Below are positions 1-9,675 of a stretch of DNA of 64,000 nucleotides, one piece after another. The notes under the pieces were generated by a model, which was not told where the DNA came from, did no database searches, and saw only the letters and a program-made list of their open reading frames with translations. Source of the DNA: a virus; IMG/VR virus record IMGVR_UViG_3300042559_000515, positions 1-64,000 of that record. One strand, given 5' to 3'. The stretch's first letter is position 1, and each line of letters begins with the position of its first letter. Position numbers and translations under genes: made by a program.

Positions 1-2075
1 ATAGGGGCATTAAGGGACCTTCGTGACCGAAGTGATGCATTGCTTACTGTCTTATACGAGCGACCTACACTAGAACCAGTGACTTTTCCACTAACTTTTC
101 CAGATGGTGTTTTAGATGTACTTCCTGCTCCACCTTTACCCTTACCTTTTGTATTAAGAGCACCACCCGTCATTCGGCTAGTAGATTGCGGCTCCACATG
201 GTGGGCTTCATCTCCTGGTCCACCTCTGCCTGTATAGCCTGTTACCAGTCCAAATCTAGCCGCATTGTCTTTTATCCATGTCTTGTCACCTTCAAGGTCA
301 GCCGCTAGACCTACCTCATGTTCAGATTCTCCAGGAGCCGCCAACGCATATGCACCTCTTTTGCGAGCCTCTGGTTTCAATTCCCAAACAACATCGTTCC
401 ATATTCGGTCTGTTTCATCACCTTTTTCTGTTTTATCAGTAGGTTGGTATCGCTCCCTAAATGATGCTTCCTGTTGAGCGTTTGTACGGCGACCATTATT
501 AATGCTAATGTTTGGGTTTTCTTCTAGCATTGGTCGCAACAACGATGCAAGTCGTGGGTCAAGAGACGCTAGGTGTTTTTCATCACTGGCCTTAAGTTTT
601 TTCTTAGGAGCACTTGGACTTTCGTCATCAGTCTTTGTTGGGGTCGGTGCACTACTTTTTACTGATGCAAAACCGTCACCACTTAACCGAGAGTCAATAG
701 GGTCTCCACCATCAGGTCCTATTAATCCTAGAACATCGTCACCCAAACTAATGGCTGAGTTAGTGACATTAGATGCGTAGTTACCAAGGTAACTCACAGC
801 GTTTGTAAGAGGATGACCTTTTGTAGAAATCTTCATACCAATGATGGTAGATAACTTGTCTTCAAAAGCGGCAAGCATTTGTGTAGACAACCTGAGGTTT
901 TTTTCAAATCGTGCAAAGTTGTCCCCTTGACGACCGTAAAAACGCTCTTCACGCTTAATTCTTTCACCAGTTGTTTTTTCGTGTTGTGTTGCATAGTTGT
1001 CTTCAATACCCGTAACCTTGCGGTCCTCTTCCTTAGAGGGGTCGTACATCTCACTGCCACCAGTTTTTTTCTGGAATTCAGAGTTCTGCATGGCGTATTG
1101 GATATACATATCCTGCATCTCTGGTGACGAAACACCCATGGATGCTAAACGCTGTCGTGTATTAGAACCTTGTTGTTGTGCTCCTTTAAGCATGTCTGGG
1201 TTATTAAGACCAGCACGCTTCACAACATCTTGCATGACTTGCATACCAGAGCGCTGTTTACCACCTATGCCGTACATACCTGTACCAGCCATCATGAACA
1301 TCTGGTTAGCAGTATCGGGGGAGGCCATTGATGTAAGCATGTTTGTAACATCAGCAGTGCCAAGAGAGAATCCAGAAACGGCACGCATTGCTTCTACAGA
1401 AGAGGCTTGGTTAGAGGCTACAAGACCAGTGTTTGCCTGCATCTTAAGCATTTGGTTAATTGCATCACCACCACCAAGAAGGTAGTGCTTAGTAAGTGGC
1501 ATACGGAGGTCATTTCGGACCTGCTTGTTAGACATTCCGTACATCTGCTGTAGTTGTACAGACATACGGTCTGCCTGAAGTGAGTAGTCAGCACCTTGAC
1601 CAATACGGCTATCTGCATAAGCGTTGAGGTCTGACGCTGGTTGCAACAGTGCTCTTGTGAAGTCAGCACTTGACTGTAGGGGTCCGCCTCCACCGCCTCC
1701 ACCAGCCCCCCCACCAGCACTCATTAAGGAACTTGTTCCACCAGTAGAACCACCAGTAGAGGCTGCGATTAAGGAACTTCTTCCAGCGGCAGGAGAACTA
1801 GCACTTCCTGCCATGGGCATGTTGATGCGAGAAGAGCCACCAGCACCACCAGCACCACCTGCTCCACTTGGACCCCTAATACTGCCCATGGTTGATACAA
1901 GGTCTCTAGCAGACCTAGCCGCACTCTTCAAGGCAGTATCTAGACCACGAACACCTTCAATAAGTGAACTCATTGCGGCACGGTCTATGTTAAGACCACC
2001 ACGACCACGGGTACGGCTAGAGGAACCTAAACTATCAACTGGTGTTTCACCACCTTGGTTTTCTGGAGTAACCAT
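1..2075 (-). CDS. Tape measure protein (runs off window start) with VanY/M15-type Zn peptidase domain
   Basis: Not in ORF track (truncated). ATG at 2075 (MVTPENQGGE). Frame translated by hand at the start, at ~190-350 and at 3-60, with no stops in those stretches. ~190-350 reads AAPGESEHEVGLAADL...WIKDNAARFGL...DEAHHVE (SxHxxGxAxD and ExxH). Lies downstream of the tail chaperone. Confidence 0.8.
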   Translation of the reverse strand, partial: MVTPENQGGETPVDSLGSSSRTRGRGGLNIDRAAMSSLIEGVRGLDTALKSAARSARDLVSTMGSIRGPSGAGGAGGAGGSSRINMPMAGSASSPAAGRSSLIAASTGGSTGGTSSLMSAGGGAGGGGGGGPLQSSADFTRALLQPASDLNAYADSRIGQGADYSLQADRMSVQLQQMYGMSNKQVRNDLRMPLTKHYLLGGGDAINQMLKMQANTGLVASNQASSVEAMRAVSGFSLGTADVTNMLTSMASPDTANQMFMMAGTGMYGIGGKQRSGMQVMQDVVKRAGLNNPDMLKGAQQQGSNTRQRLASMGVSSPEMQDMYIQYAMQNSEFQKKTGGSEMYDPSKEEDRKVTGIEDNYATQHEKTTGERIKREERFYGRQGDNFARFEKNLRLSTQMLAAFEDKLSTIIGMKISTKGHPLTNAVSYLGNYASNVTNSAISLGDDVLGLIGPDGGDPIDSRLSGDGFASVKSSAPTPTKTDDESPSAPKKKLKASDEKHLASLDPRLASLLRPMLEENPNISINNGRRTNAQQEASFRERYQPTDKTEKGDETDRIWNDVVWELKPEARKRGAYALAAPGESEHEVGLAADLEGDKTWIKDNAARFGLVTGYTGRGGPGDEAHHVEPQSTSRMTGGALNTKGKGKGGAGSTSKTPSGKVSGKVTGSSVGRSYKTVSNASLRSRRSLNAP

Positions 2076-2083
2076 TAGATTCT

Positions 2084-2233
2084 CTACCTGCCTTCACGCC
2101 ATTTTGACATACTAAACCAGTATGCACGCTGACGAACTGTCATTGATTTGAGGTCACTAAGACCAAAACCACTGTACGAAGTGGCAATCTTTTCGTATTC
2201 CCAATATATAAGTGTTAAATCAACCGAATAAAA
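2084..2233 (-). CDS. Frameshift extension of tail assembly chaperone (GT-like part)
   Basis: +1 frame reads YSVDLTLIYWEYEKIATSYSGFGLSDLKSMTVRQRAYWFSMSKWREGR*. No usable start near its 5' end; overlaps the chaperone end at CTT-TTA. Confidence 0.7.
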   Translation of the reverse strand, partial: FYSVDLTLIYWEYEKIATSYSGFGLSDLKSMTVRQRAYWFSMSKWREGR

Positions 2234-3020
2234 GTGAGACCCAATCCAACATCACTGTTAATTCTTCATCACAATGAGCGCACTGAGTTTTCACCTCCTC
2301 CATACGAGGACCAGGTTGTGCCTGGTTAAGTTCTTTTACAATCTTTTTACGGTCAACAAGTGATAACTTCTTTGACCAGTTTTCACGAGTCTCTCGGTCC
2401 ATCTCGGTAATGATGCAACGAGAGATAATATATGTGTTTTGTTCAGCAGTTGTCTTTCCCTTTTTAAGGGCATAACGACTATCACCAGTTGTGGGGTAAT
2501 TGAGGTGAATGCTTTGCCCATTTTTTAGTTGGACAACAACTGGGCTGACAACATCTACATCACCATTTTCAATATTGAAATCGTTATCTAGGTCAATAGT
2601 GACATCATTGCTTCCGTTACAACTTCCGCACCTCAACTGCATTTCACGACCACGACCATATGTGGCACGGATTACACCGAGAAACAATAAGTCTCTATCA
2701 CCAATAATGAGTTCGTCAATAATGTTTTTATTGTTGTTGTCTAAATTGATTGAACCAATAGAAACCACAGAACGCTGAAGAAGGTAATTAAGATAATCAC
2801 CGTATGACAAATCTTCCTTAGCGTCAATTGCCGCCAAGTATTCTTCGTCTTCCCCAGTAAGTTCCCGTACTACGGCTACTTTTTCCCAATCGTTAGCGGT
2901 GGTGTTAAATACACCACGAAGCAACTTCACCTCAGTTGGAGGTGAGTCATCAATTTTTGGAATTGAACCTGCAATTGCAGCGTTGGCTGCTTCAGCCAAG
3001 TTAGATAATGATTCTGACAT
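2220..3020 (-). CDS. Tail assembly chaperone / baseplate hub assembly protein
   Basis: Between tube and tape measure; VRELTGEDEE, GDRDLL and two CxxC pairs. Confidence 0.7.
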   Translation of the reverse strand: MSESLSNLAEAANAAIAGSIPKIDDSPPTEVKLLRGVFNTTANDWEKVAVVRELTGEDEEYLAAIDAKEDLSYGDYLNYLLQRSVVSIGSINLDNNNKNIIDELIIGDRDLLFLGVIRATYGRGREMQLRCGSCNGSNDVTIDLDNDFNIENGDVDVVSPVVVQLKNGQSIHLNYPTTGDSRYALKKGKTTAEQNTYIISRCIITEMDRETRENWSKKLSLVDRKKIVKELNQAQPGPRMEEVKTQCAHCDEELTVMLDWVSLLFG

Positions 3021-3043
3021 TTTGTTTTCCTTTGTATATTAAG

Positions 3044-3661
3044 TTAAAAGACTTCACCCATTTTGTAGCGAGTAGCATCTGCCTGATTCCACGCCGCAAC
3101 AAATCCCTCATGATGCACAGTGAGTTCCTGAACCAAAAGACCGCTGTCTCCTGCGCTCAATCCACCAAGTGCAAATACGCCAGGCCAGCAGTTAAACAAC
3201 TTCATAGCCAACTTCACATTACCAGGATTACTGTTGTTGGTACGCAAGGTGTCTCCACCTGAGTAGGTGTAGTTATTGCTGGTGGTTGGGTGGTCATAGA
3301 CCTTTACCAAAATGTCACAGCGATAGTCACCGTTTTTATTGATTCCTGTGCTTCCCCCAGGAACTCCACCTTCCCACGAGTGGATGAACTGTTGCCATTT
3401 CCAAAGTTGGTCACCTTCTGCAAAAACGCCACGGACAAATGAGACGGCACTGAAGTCTGACATACCAACCATTTTATGGGTGTGGGTATTCATGCCACCT
3501 TCACGGTATGCCAAAACATCGTTGGTGACACTAAGACCACTCATTGACGAGAATCCCAGAACACCAAGGTCTTTGCTATAGTCCTTGAGTGCTCCGTATG
3601 GTACAAGTTGCACTTGAAACTTAAAGTTACGAAGTGGGTCGGTGCGTGTGGAAGTTGTCAT
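3044..3661 (-). CDS. Tail tube protein (T4 gp19-like)
   Basis: DPLRNFKF, GFSSMSGL, YREGG, NCWP, ELTVHHEG motifs; follows sheath. Confidence 0.9.
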   Translation of the reverse strand: MTTSTRTDPLRNFKFQVQLVPYGALKDYSKDLGVLGFSSMSGLSVTNDVLAYREGGMNTHTHKMVGMSDFSAVSFVRGVFAEGDQLWKWQQFIHSWEGGVPGGSTGINKNGDYRCDILVKVYDHPTTSNNYTYSGGDTLRTNNSNPGNVKLAMKLFNCWPGVFALGGLSAGDSGLLVQELTVHHEGFVAAWNQADATRYKMGEVF

Positions 3662-3672
3662 TGTCTTTCTCC

Positions 3673-5298
3673 TTAGAGTGTCTCTGTTGCTGTGTTTTCA
3701 CTTCCAGCAAATTGAGTGATGTTGATGATAATAAATTCAGTAGGTGATTGCAGTGCAACACCAACTTCAATATGGAGTTCTCCATTTTCTACTGCAAATG
3801 GTGGGTTGTTTGATGCGTCACAAGTGATGTAGAAAGCCTCGGTTGCATTCCGTCCCTTGAGACCACCCGAACCCCAGAAATCTGAAAGAAAACGAGAGAT
3901 GCGGGTATGGATATCTGTCCATACACGCTCACCATTTGGTTCAAAGATTGAGAAGTTTGCAATGGATTCAACATTTTCTTTGATGTAGTTAAGAGAACGG
4001 CGTACTGGAACATACTTCGTAATGTCGGTGCGCTTAAGTGTGCGAGCACCATTTGAGATAACTCCACCACCAGGAATGCTCTTCAAGGTGTTGACATGCG
4101 CATCGTAGAGAAGGCCGATTTCGGTCTCAGTAAATGTTGTAGTAAGTCCGTACACATTACGAATGTCATAACCATACCCAGCAGGTGCTTTAGCAACTGT
4201 CCGTTCTTGCTCAACACGGCTGAACAATCCAGCAATTGCACCACCAGGGAATGTGTCACGCAATGATGCGGCTCCGCTACGGGCGGGGTCTGGCATCTTC
4301 AACATTGGGTAGTACACAGCACCATAAGATGACTTGTTGTAGGTGTCGGTCAACCCAGTGATACCAACGGTCAAAGTCTGTGCTGGTGATGGGTCAATGA
4401 TGACAAAACCATTTCCACGGGCTTCAGCGTAAGTGGTAGCCATGTTTACCAGTGTGGCTGAGGTTTGTCCAACCAAGTTGATAAGCAAGGAACCTGGAAC
4501 TAAGTCCAACCTATTCAATGCAGCCAACCAGTCAGCATCGGCAATACTGCCGTCTGTACCATCAGTGTCAGAACCACTTGTTGCATCACCAATCTTGTAG
4601 AGAACAGCAGTTGAGATTGATACGGCTGTATCAAGTCCAGTGATGACATAGGTGGTTCCTGCGGTCAAAGCAGGGTTGACACCAAGAGATGAACCAAACA
4701 CCAAATCAACATAGTTGGAGTAGTTGTTGACAATTGTTGGTGCGTACTGAGGTGAGTCAGGGTCAAGAGAAATTTCTGACCAACGCTCTACCTCTGCACC
4801 ATTGAAATAGATAGCGATAGTGAAGGTAAGTGGCTGACCACCTGCAAGTGTTCCATCACGAGAGCCTTTAAGGAGGTAAACCTTTAATCCTTTTTCTGCG
4901 CTGGATGTTCCTGCGGCTACCCAGTTTGCCCAAGTTCCCTTGCTCTTTGCACGGATTTCAAACAAACCACCAGCGGCAGTGTTTACTGCGCTTCCGTTGA
5001 TAGACCCTGCAACACCAGCACTCTTTGCCCTAGCGGCGGCTGATGCAGTCACACGGTTGATGTATGCGGTGCGACCACCATTTGCAAAGAAATGGTAGAT
5101 GGCATAACCAAGATGTGATGAGTTGGTCAAATCACCATACAATGTCTTGTACTGGTTCCAAGAATCAATACGAGTAGGTACTTCAGGTCCACGAGCAACG
5201 GTGCCGAGGAATGATGTTGGGGTAACGGTAGGTCCAACTGGGGTGGTCGTTGAGAACGGACCTTCGGTGATGTATACACCTGGATAAGAGTTTGCCAT
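3673..5298 (-). CDS. Tail sheath protein
   Basis: YPGVYITE, FFANGG, YYP, KAPAG, GARTL, YVPVRR, FEPN and P.EFI motifs of contractile sheaths. Confidence 0.95.
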   Translation of the reverse strand: MANSYPGVYITEGPFSTTTPVGPTVTPTSFLGTVARGPEVPTRIDSWNQYKTLYGDLTNSSHLGYAIYHFFANGGRTAYINRVTASAAARAKSAGVAGSINGSAVNTAAGGLFEIRAKSKGTWANWVAAGTSSAEKGLKVYLLKGSRDGTLAGGQPLTFTIAIYFNGAEVERWSEISLDPDSPQYAPTIVNNYSNYVDLVFGSSLGVNPALTAGTTYVITGLDTAVSISTAVLYKIGDATSGSDTDGTDGSIADADWLAALNRLDLVPGSLLINLVGQTSATLVNMATTYAEARGNGFVIIDPSPAQTLTVGITGLTDTYNKSSYGAVYYPMLKMPDPARSGAASLRDTFPGGAIAGLFSRVEQERTVAKAPAGYGYDIRNVYGLTTTFTETEIGLLYDAHVNTLKSIPGGGVISNGARTLKRTDITKYVPVRRSLNYIKENVESIANFSIFEPNGERVWTDIHTRISRFLSDFWGSGGLKGRNATEAFYITCDASNNPPFAVENGELHIEVGVALQSPTEFIIINITQFAGSENTATETL

Positions 5299-5325
5299 TT
5301 TTGCTCCTTAGCAATAAACTGTGGG

Positions 5326-6003
5326 TTACGGGGTACTTGTGATTGGGACGACTGATGTGACAACAGTATCAACTTGTTTGAGACCATACATGTCAGCAGA
5401 AGGAATCTCTGCCGTCATTTGAAGTGTGTAAATCTTTCGGAAAATACGCTTGCGGTATCCTGCCTCTGAGTCAAGGAGGTCCGCAGTTGTCCAATCCAAA
5501 AGGTCTAAACGCCTAATTGTGTCATCCTCTGGGACTTCAATGAAACCCTTTCGGAATGGAACTATTGTACTCAACATTTGACTGCTGAGTTGGCGGTCAT
5601 GGAGAGCACTACGAGTGAAAGTAGAAACCTGATATAGAAGGTCTACTGGAACAAATTCCTGGCTGACAATAAAATCTTTGCCTGTAGAACTAATGCTTTC
5701 CATATTGGCAACACGACTGGGCCAATAGGTCATAAGGTTGGGGTCTTTAAGCATGTCAGTACGACCACTAACACCTACTTTAGGGTAATAAATTGTAGTT
5801 TCTGAGTGCTGACGATTGCGGGCATGGACAATGTCAATCATTTCAATTGTCACAAATGGGTACGAGCGCTCTGTTTCGGCTTCTGGGTAGCGAAAGAAAA
5901 CCTGTACAGGCCGTTGACCATTTCGGTCGTCACTTACTTTGAGAGTAGCAAAGCGAGCCTTAAGAGCCGCATCTTCAGCAAGAAGAAATCCAGGATTAGG
6001 CAT
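5326..6003 (-). CDS. Tail terminator / sheath-capping protein (putative)
   Basis: Immediately upstream of sheath; YPFVTI and PVDLLYQV motifs. Confidence 0.55.
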   Translation of the reverse strand: MPNPGFLLAEDAALKARFATLKVSDDRNGQRPVQVFFRYPEAETERSYPFVTIEMIDIVHARNRQHSETTIYYPKVGVSGRTDMLKDPNLMTYWPSRVANMESISSTGKDFIVSQEFVPVDLLYQVSTFTRSALHDRQLSSQMLSTIVPFRKGFIEVPEDDTIRRLDLLDWTTADLLDSEAGYRKRIFRKIYTLQMTAEIPSADMYGLKQVDTVVTSVVPITSTP

Positions 6004-6403
6004 CTGGCAACCTACTTGAAAGATGGCGCATCAGGGATTCGTTAACAGTAAACTCACGGCTCTTTGCAATAGAGCGAAGCGCACCAGTAGCAACAACCTT
6101 TTTCATTGGGTTGCCATACTCAAGGTCTTGGGCGTCAGGATGGTCAACGGTGTATTCCATAAAACCATCTTTAACAGACACATTTGCAGAATCAACTTTG
6201 TCAGCCCAGTCAGGGTGGCGAGAAAGTTGTTCTTTTAATGCGGAAGATTCTTCACTTAACACACTTGACAGTGATTGTGACATGGCACTTTCATAGGTAT
6301 CCACGGTCTCTTCCAGAATGGAAAGGATGGAGAAGTCTCCAGATACGATTGGTTTAGAGCCTGTGCTTGTATGCAGTTGTGCAGAAGTCATTACTTCTCC
6401 CAC
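5996..6403 (-). CDS. Neck/tail completion protein (putative)
   Basis: Position in head-tail module; LEYG motif. Confidence 0.45.
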   Translation of the reverse strand: MGEVMTSAQLHTSTGSKPIVSGDFSILSILEETVDTYESAMSQSLSSVLSEESSALKEQLSRHPDWADKVDSANVSVKDGFMEYTVDHPDAQDLEYGNPMKKVVATGALRSIAKSREFTVNESLMRHLSSRLPDA

Positions 6404-6455
6404 GAGACTCTAGGCGTTGTACCTCTTGGCGCTCACCAAGATTAAATCTAGTTTA

Positions 6456-6992
6456 TCAGAGTTGTGGGAGTGTTGAAGGCCAAGGGAGGTTGGTTACACC
6501 TAAAGATGCTGGACCTGGGTCAAAGGGCATTTCCTGGTTGATGTAAACCTCAATACCTTCAACGACAAGAATGACATCGTCACGAGCACGACCACGGACA
6601 CGGTAGGAAACCACCGAGAAATAGCGACCGTCATAAAGGAACATGTCATTAAGGTGGTTCTTGTACTCGTAGGGGTTGGTCACCCCAGCATTACGGAAGT
6701 CCTCAATGGATGCCACAAAGTTGGTCAACTGGACTGGTTGGCGTCCTTCAGGGATAGAGCGCTTTTGGTCTTCTGCCTCAGTAATCATAAGCACAGGTAC
6801 AACTATTCCTGTCCCGTACTTACGGCCCCCAGACCCTGGAACGCCTTCGTCATAGACATCGTCATAGACAGACTGGGTAGATGTGTTTGTACCTAATGGG
6901 GTAAATTCAAACCACACCACCGATTCACCAGCATCGTCATGATACTTTCGGTAATGCTTACGAATGTGTGAAAGTTCTCGTCTTAAATCCAT
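6456..6992 (-). CDS. Head closure / neck protein (putative)
   Basis: Synteny; beta-rich with D.FLYDGRYFSV. Confidence 0.5.
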   Translation of the reverse strand: MDLRRELSHIRKHYRKYHDDAGESVVWFEFTPLGTNTSTQSVYDDVYDEGVPGSGGRKYGTGIVVPVLMITEAEDQKRSIPEGRQPVQLTNFVASIEDFRNAGVTNPYEYKNHLNDMFLYDGRYFSVVSYRVRGRARDDVILVVEGIEVYINQEMPFDPGPASLGVTNLPWPSTLPQL

Positions 6993-7792
6993 TAGTAAAA
7001 CGCATTAGAGGTATAGCCAGTAGGAGGGTCTGTGTCAATAAAGACATCTGAACGCATCGGCTCGGAAGGCTCCTCAATAAGGATTTTTCCTTCACTGTCT
7101 TCCGCCCAGATGCGCTCCATTGGACCGTAGTCACCGAGTTCCTTAGCCTTGTACAGAGGTACATAACGATTGGTTGTACGAGACACACGGCGGAGGCTAA
7201 ATTGGGCGATGCGCTCAGGACCAATGTTGAGGTTGTTGGCGTGCTTACGGTACTCAACCTCCCATTGCTGGATAAGGTTTTGAAGCATACGAAAACGCTG
7301 TGAGCCAGGTATGTGGATGGACTCAGAGGTCATAACATCAATGTCACGGGCAAACTCTGTCATAAGAGCCTGTAGAGCCTCTACAAGGGCACCCAGACCC
7401 ACTACATCCAATACCGCAACATTAGCCTGTTCCAAAGGAACATCAATTGTGGGGGTATGGTAATTAATTGATTTCTTTGCGTAAAACTCAAGGTCAGTAG
7501 GAAGCAACCACTCATAGTAGTAACCTTCCACCATAATCTTGGTATTAGCGGCTGGGGTAGAGGCAAGACGCAAGATTCCGTTACGGGCATCAAGGGAGTA
7601 TTGAGAGGTCGTCAATTCAGTGACGGTAGAGCCAACAACTGTGGCAATCCACAAAGTATCGGTGTCCACATTTAGATTACCTAATTCAAAAGTACGACCA
7701 ATACCATCAAAGGTAACCTGAAAGAACTTGGGGAAATCACGCAGATAGTTGCGTGCTACTTCTACAATGTATTGAAGTGGTGTAAGGGCCAT
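6992..7792 (-). CDS. Head-tail adaptor protein (putative)
   Basis: Synteny downstream of capsid; coupled to next gene; TACAAT 5 nt upstream of ATG. Confidence 0.55.
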   Translation of the reverse strand: MALTPLQYIVEVARNYLRDFPKFFQVTFDGIGRTFELGNLNVDTDTLWIATVVGSTVTELTTSQYSLDARNGILRLASTPAANTKIMVEGYYYEWLLPTDLEFYAKKSINYHTPTIDVPLEQANVAVLDVVGLGALVEALQALMTEFARDIDVMTSESIHIPGSQRFRMLQNLIQQWEVEYRKHANNLNIGPERIAQFSLRRVSRTTNRYVPLYKAKELGDYGPMERIWAEDSEGKILIEEPSEPMRSDVFIDTDPPTGYTSNAFY

Positions 7793-7803
7793 ACCCTATT
7801 GTA

Positions 7804-7959
7804 CTACTGGTCGCCCGACCCAGTTCCAGGTATGGTGTCAAGGAGGTCCTGGTTTAACTGGGGCTGTTGTTCACGGTGCCTATGGCTGGTCACCCTACGG
7901 ATTCGGGTGATGTCAGCCTCTGTTCCTGTGGGTTTTGGAATAGGGCGTTCTTCCGTCAT
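7804..7959 (-). CDS. Small hypothetical protein (51 aa)
   Basis: Hand translation MTEERPIPKPTG...GSGDQ*; ATGA overlap with upstream gene. Confidence 0.6.
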   Translation of the reverse strand: MTEERPIPKPTGTEADITRIRRVTSHRHREQQPQLNQDLLDTIPGTGSGDQ

Positions 7960-9320
7960 TGTGCTTCTAGGGCTTCAACTTTGGCGGAAAGTTCCTGTAC
8001 TGCTTTAACAAGGATAGAAATGACATCGTTTGTTTTCCACATCTGTGGAACAATTTCGCCATCTTCAATACCAAATTCAATAAGATTTGGTTGTACTTCT
8101 ATAATTTCATCAACAATAAAGCCATGATGAATACTGTTGTTGTATTCATATTCTTCAATTACACCGTCAGTTTCTTGAGGGATTGCTTTAAAGGTCCGTG
8201 GTGTCAGTGACTGAATGATTTCTAGTGCGTTTTCAACTGAGTTAATTTGTTCTTTGTACTTACGCAAGGATGTGTTATAAGCAACACGACCATCAGCAAG
8301 GACACGCATGTTTGCTGATGATGTTGTGGTACCAATACCAGTTAGGTAGAAGTTGCTGGAAGTTACTCGGAAAGCACCTTGAACAGTCCATGTTCCTCCA
8401 CTATTACTCCAACCAATATAATTACCACCAAATGGGTCAACATTGACAATTGCACTAAGATACCCAGCAGTAGAGGCAGAGCCAGTAATGTTGATGCCAT
8501 AGGTACCACCATCATTATAAGAAATAGAGGGTTTTCCACTGACATTGTCCCAAGCGACAGCACCTGCGGTACCCGTAATGTTGATACTGTATGTTCCACT
8601 GTTGTTGTAGACCAATGCTGGTAGACCAGTAATACCAGACCAAGCGACACTTCCTGCGGTACCAGTGACATTTCCCGTGACATTTCCCGTGACATTGCCT
8701 GCAAGGTTGGCGGTAATGGTTCCCGCACTAAAGTTTTCGCTGTAGCGAGCCAGTCTGTACCATTGACCATTTACATTGACAGACAACGGTCCTGCAAGGT
8801 TAGTACTTGGTGTCCATGATGTTGGTTGAACCCATGTATCAGCGTGATTACCACCTGTGGGTGTTGCTCCTACACGACTGAAATTAGAGCGAACAAATAC
8901 TCTTTTATCAGTAATAGCATTAGACGCAGGGGCAGAAGAGTTAATTCGCCATACAGAGGCGAGAACCACATCAGTGTCAAGGTTTACTGTGGTAGGGAAT
9001 CGGGGGTTTGTTCCTGTGTTTCCTGCAATTGCATAACAGGTGATTGTTGAGCCGCTTAGACGGGCAACGATGATGTCAAAAAAAGTAGATAACCCATATG
9101 GGGTTAAATTAACTGGTGCACCAGTGTAGGAGTAGTACGAGCCGTTAATGAGCACCTCACCAGATGCCACATTAACGGTCTCTGCACTACCTGGGGTGAT
9201 TGCCATTCCACTGACAACACCATTAACTTGCGTTCCAAGAACTTGGAAATCAAGTGAGTCTGGCTCTGCCTGATTCTGATTAAGAGCATCAGGCGTATTT
9301 GGAATTGTAAAGCCAGACAT
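7956..9320 (-). CDS. Fibre protein with C-terminal intramolecular chaperone (peptidase S74-like)
   Basis: GNVT repeats, repeated W..(I/V).G.P, then SLRKYKEQI...GFIVDE...LVKAVQEL coiled-coil tail. Confidence 0.8.
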   Translation of the reverse strand: MSGFTIPNTPDALNQNQAEPDSLDFQVLGTQVNGVVSGMAITPGSAETVNVASGEVLINGSYYSYTGAPVNLTPYGLSTFFDIIVARLSGSTITCYAIAGNTGTNPRFPTTVNLDTDVVLASVWRINSSAPASNAITDKRVFVRSNFSRVGATPTGGNHADTWVQPTSWTPSTNLAGPLSVNVNGQWYRLARYSENFSAGTITANLAGNVTGNVTGNVTGTAGSVAWSGITGLPALVYNNSGTYSINITGTAGAVAWDNVSGKPSISYNDGGTYGINITGSASTAGYLSAIVNVDPFGGNYIGWSNSGGTWTVQGAFRVTSSNFYLTGIGTTTSSANMRVLADGRVAYNTSLRKYKEQINSVENALEIIQSLTPRTFKAIPQETDGVIEEYEYNNSIHHGFIVDEIIEVQPNLIEFGIEDGEIVPQMWKTNDVISILVKAVQELSAKVEALEAQ

Positions 9321-9327
9321 TTATACC

Positions 9328-9588
9328 TCAGACTGTGTCGTAGATGTTTCCGTGATTTGCAAGGTGGTTGTAAAGGTCGGCAGGAATTGTGTAGGTCTTG
9401 CCTTCCTCAAAATCAAATACCTCCGTGCCCCAGTGCATGCGCCAAGTTCCCTTGACACGGGCCTTCTTTGTTGCTGGTGCGCCTGGTGCGACAACTTCCT
9501 TTGCAGGTGTTGCGTCAACAACGACTTCCTCAGCGACCTCAGGGGCCTCTACAAACTCTGGGTTGGTGGTGGTCTTCTTCGTAGCCAT
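9328..9588 (-). CDS. Small capsid-associated protein (putative)
   Basis: AGGAG SD; directly after major capsid gene. Confidence 0.55.
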   Translation of the reverse strand: MATKKTTTNPEFVEAPEVAEEVVVDATPAKEVVAPGAPATKKARVKGTWRMHWGTEVFDFEEGKTYTIPADLYNHLANHGNIYDTV

Positions 9589-9619
9589 GGCTACTCCTTT
9601 ACTGATTGATGGACTAAAA

Positions 9620-9660
9620 TTGTGAAAGGTGGGATACTAGGCTTTCGCCGTTCTCCCACC
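9620..9660 (-). terminator. Intrinsic terminator after major capsid gene
   Basis: Minus strand GGTGGGA...GGC-GAAA-GCC...TCCCACC followed by TTTCACAATTTT. Confidence 0.6.
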
Positions 9661-9675
9661 CTACACTAACACTGG

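Noticed and set aside
2220-6003. Extracellular contractile injection system or tailocin
   Set aside because: Capsid, scaffold, portal and terminase genes are present, so this is a phage.
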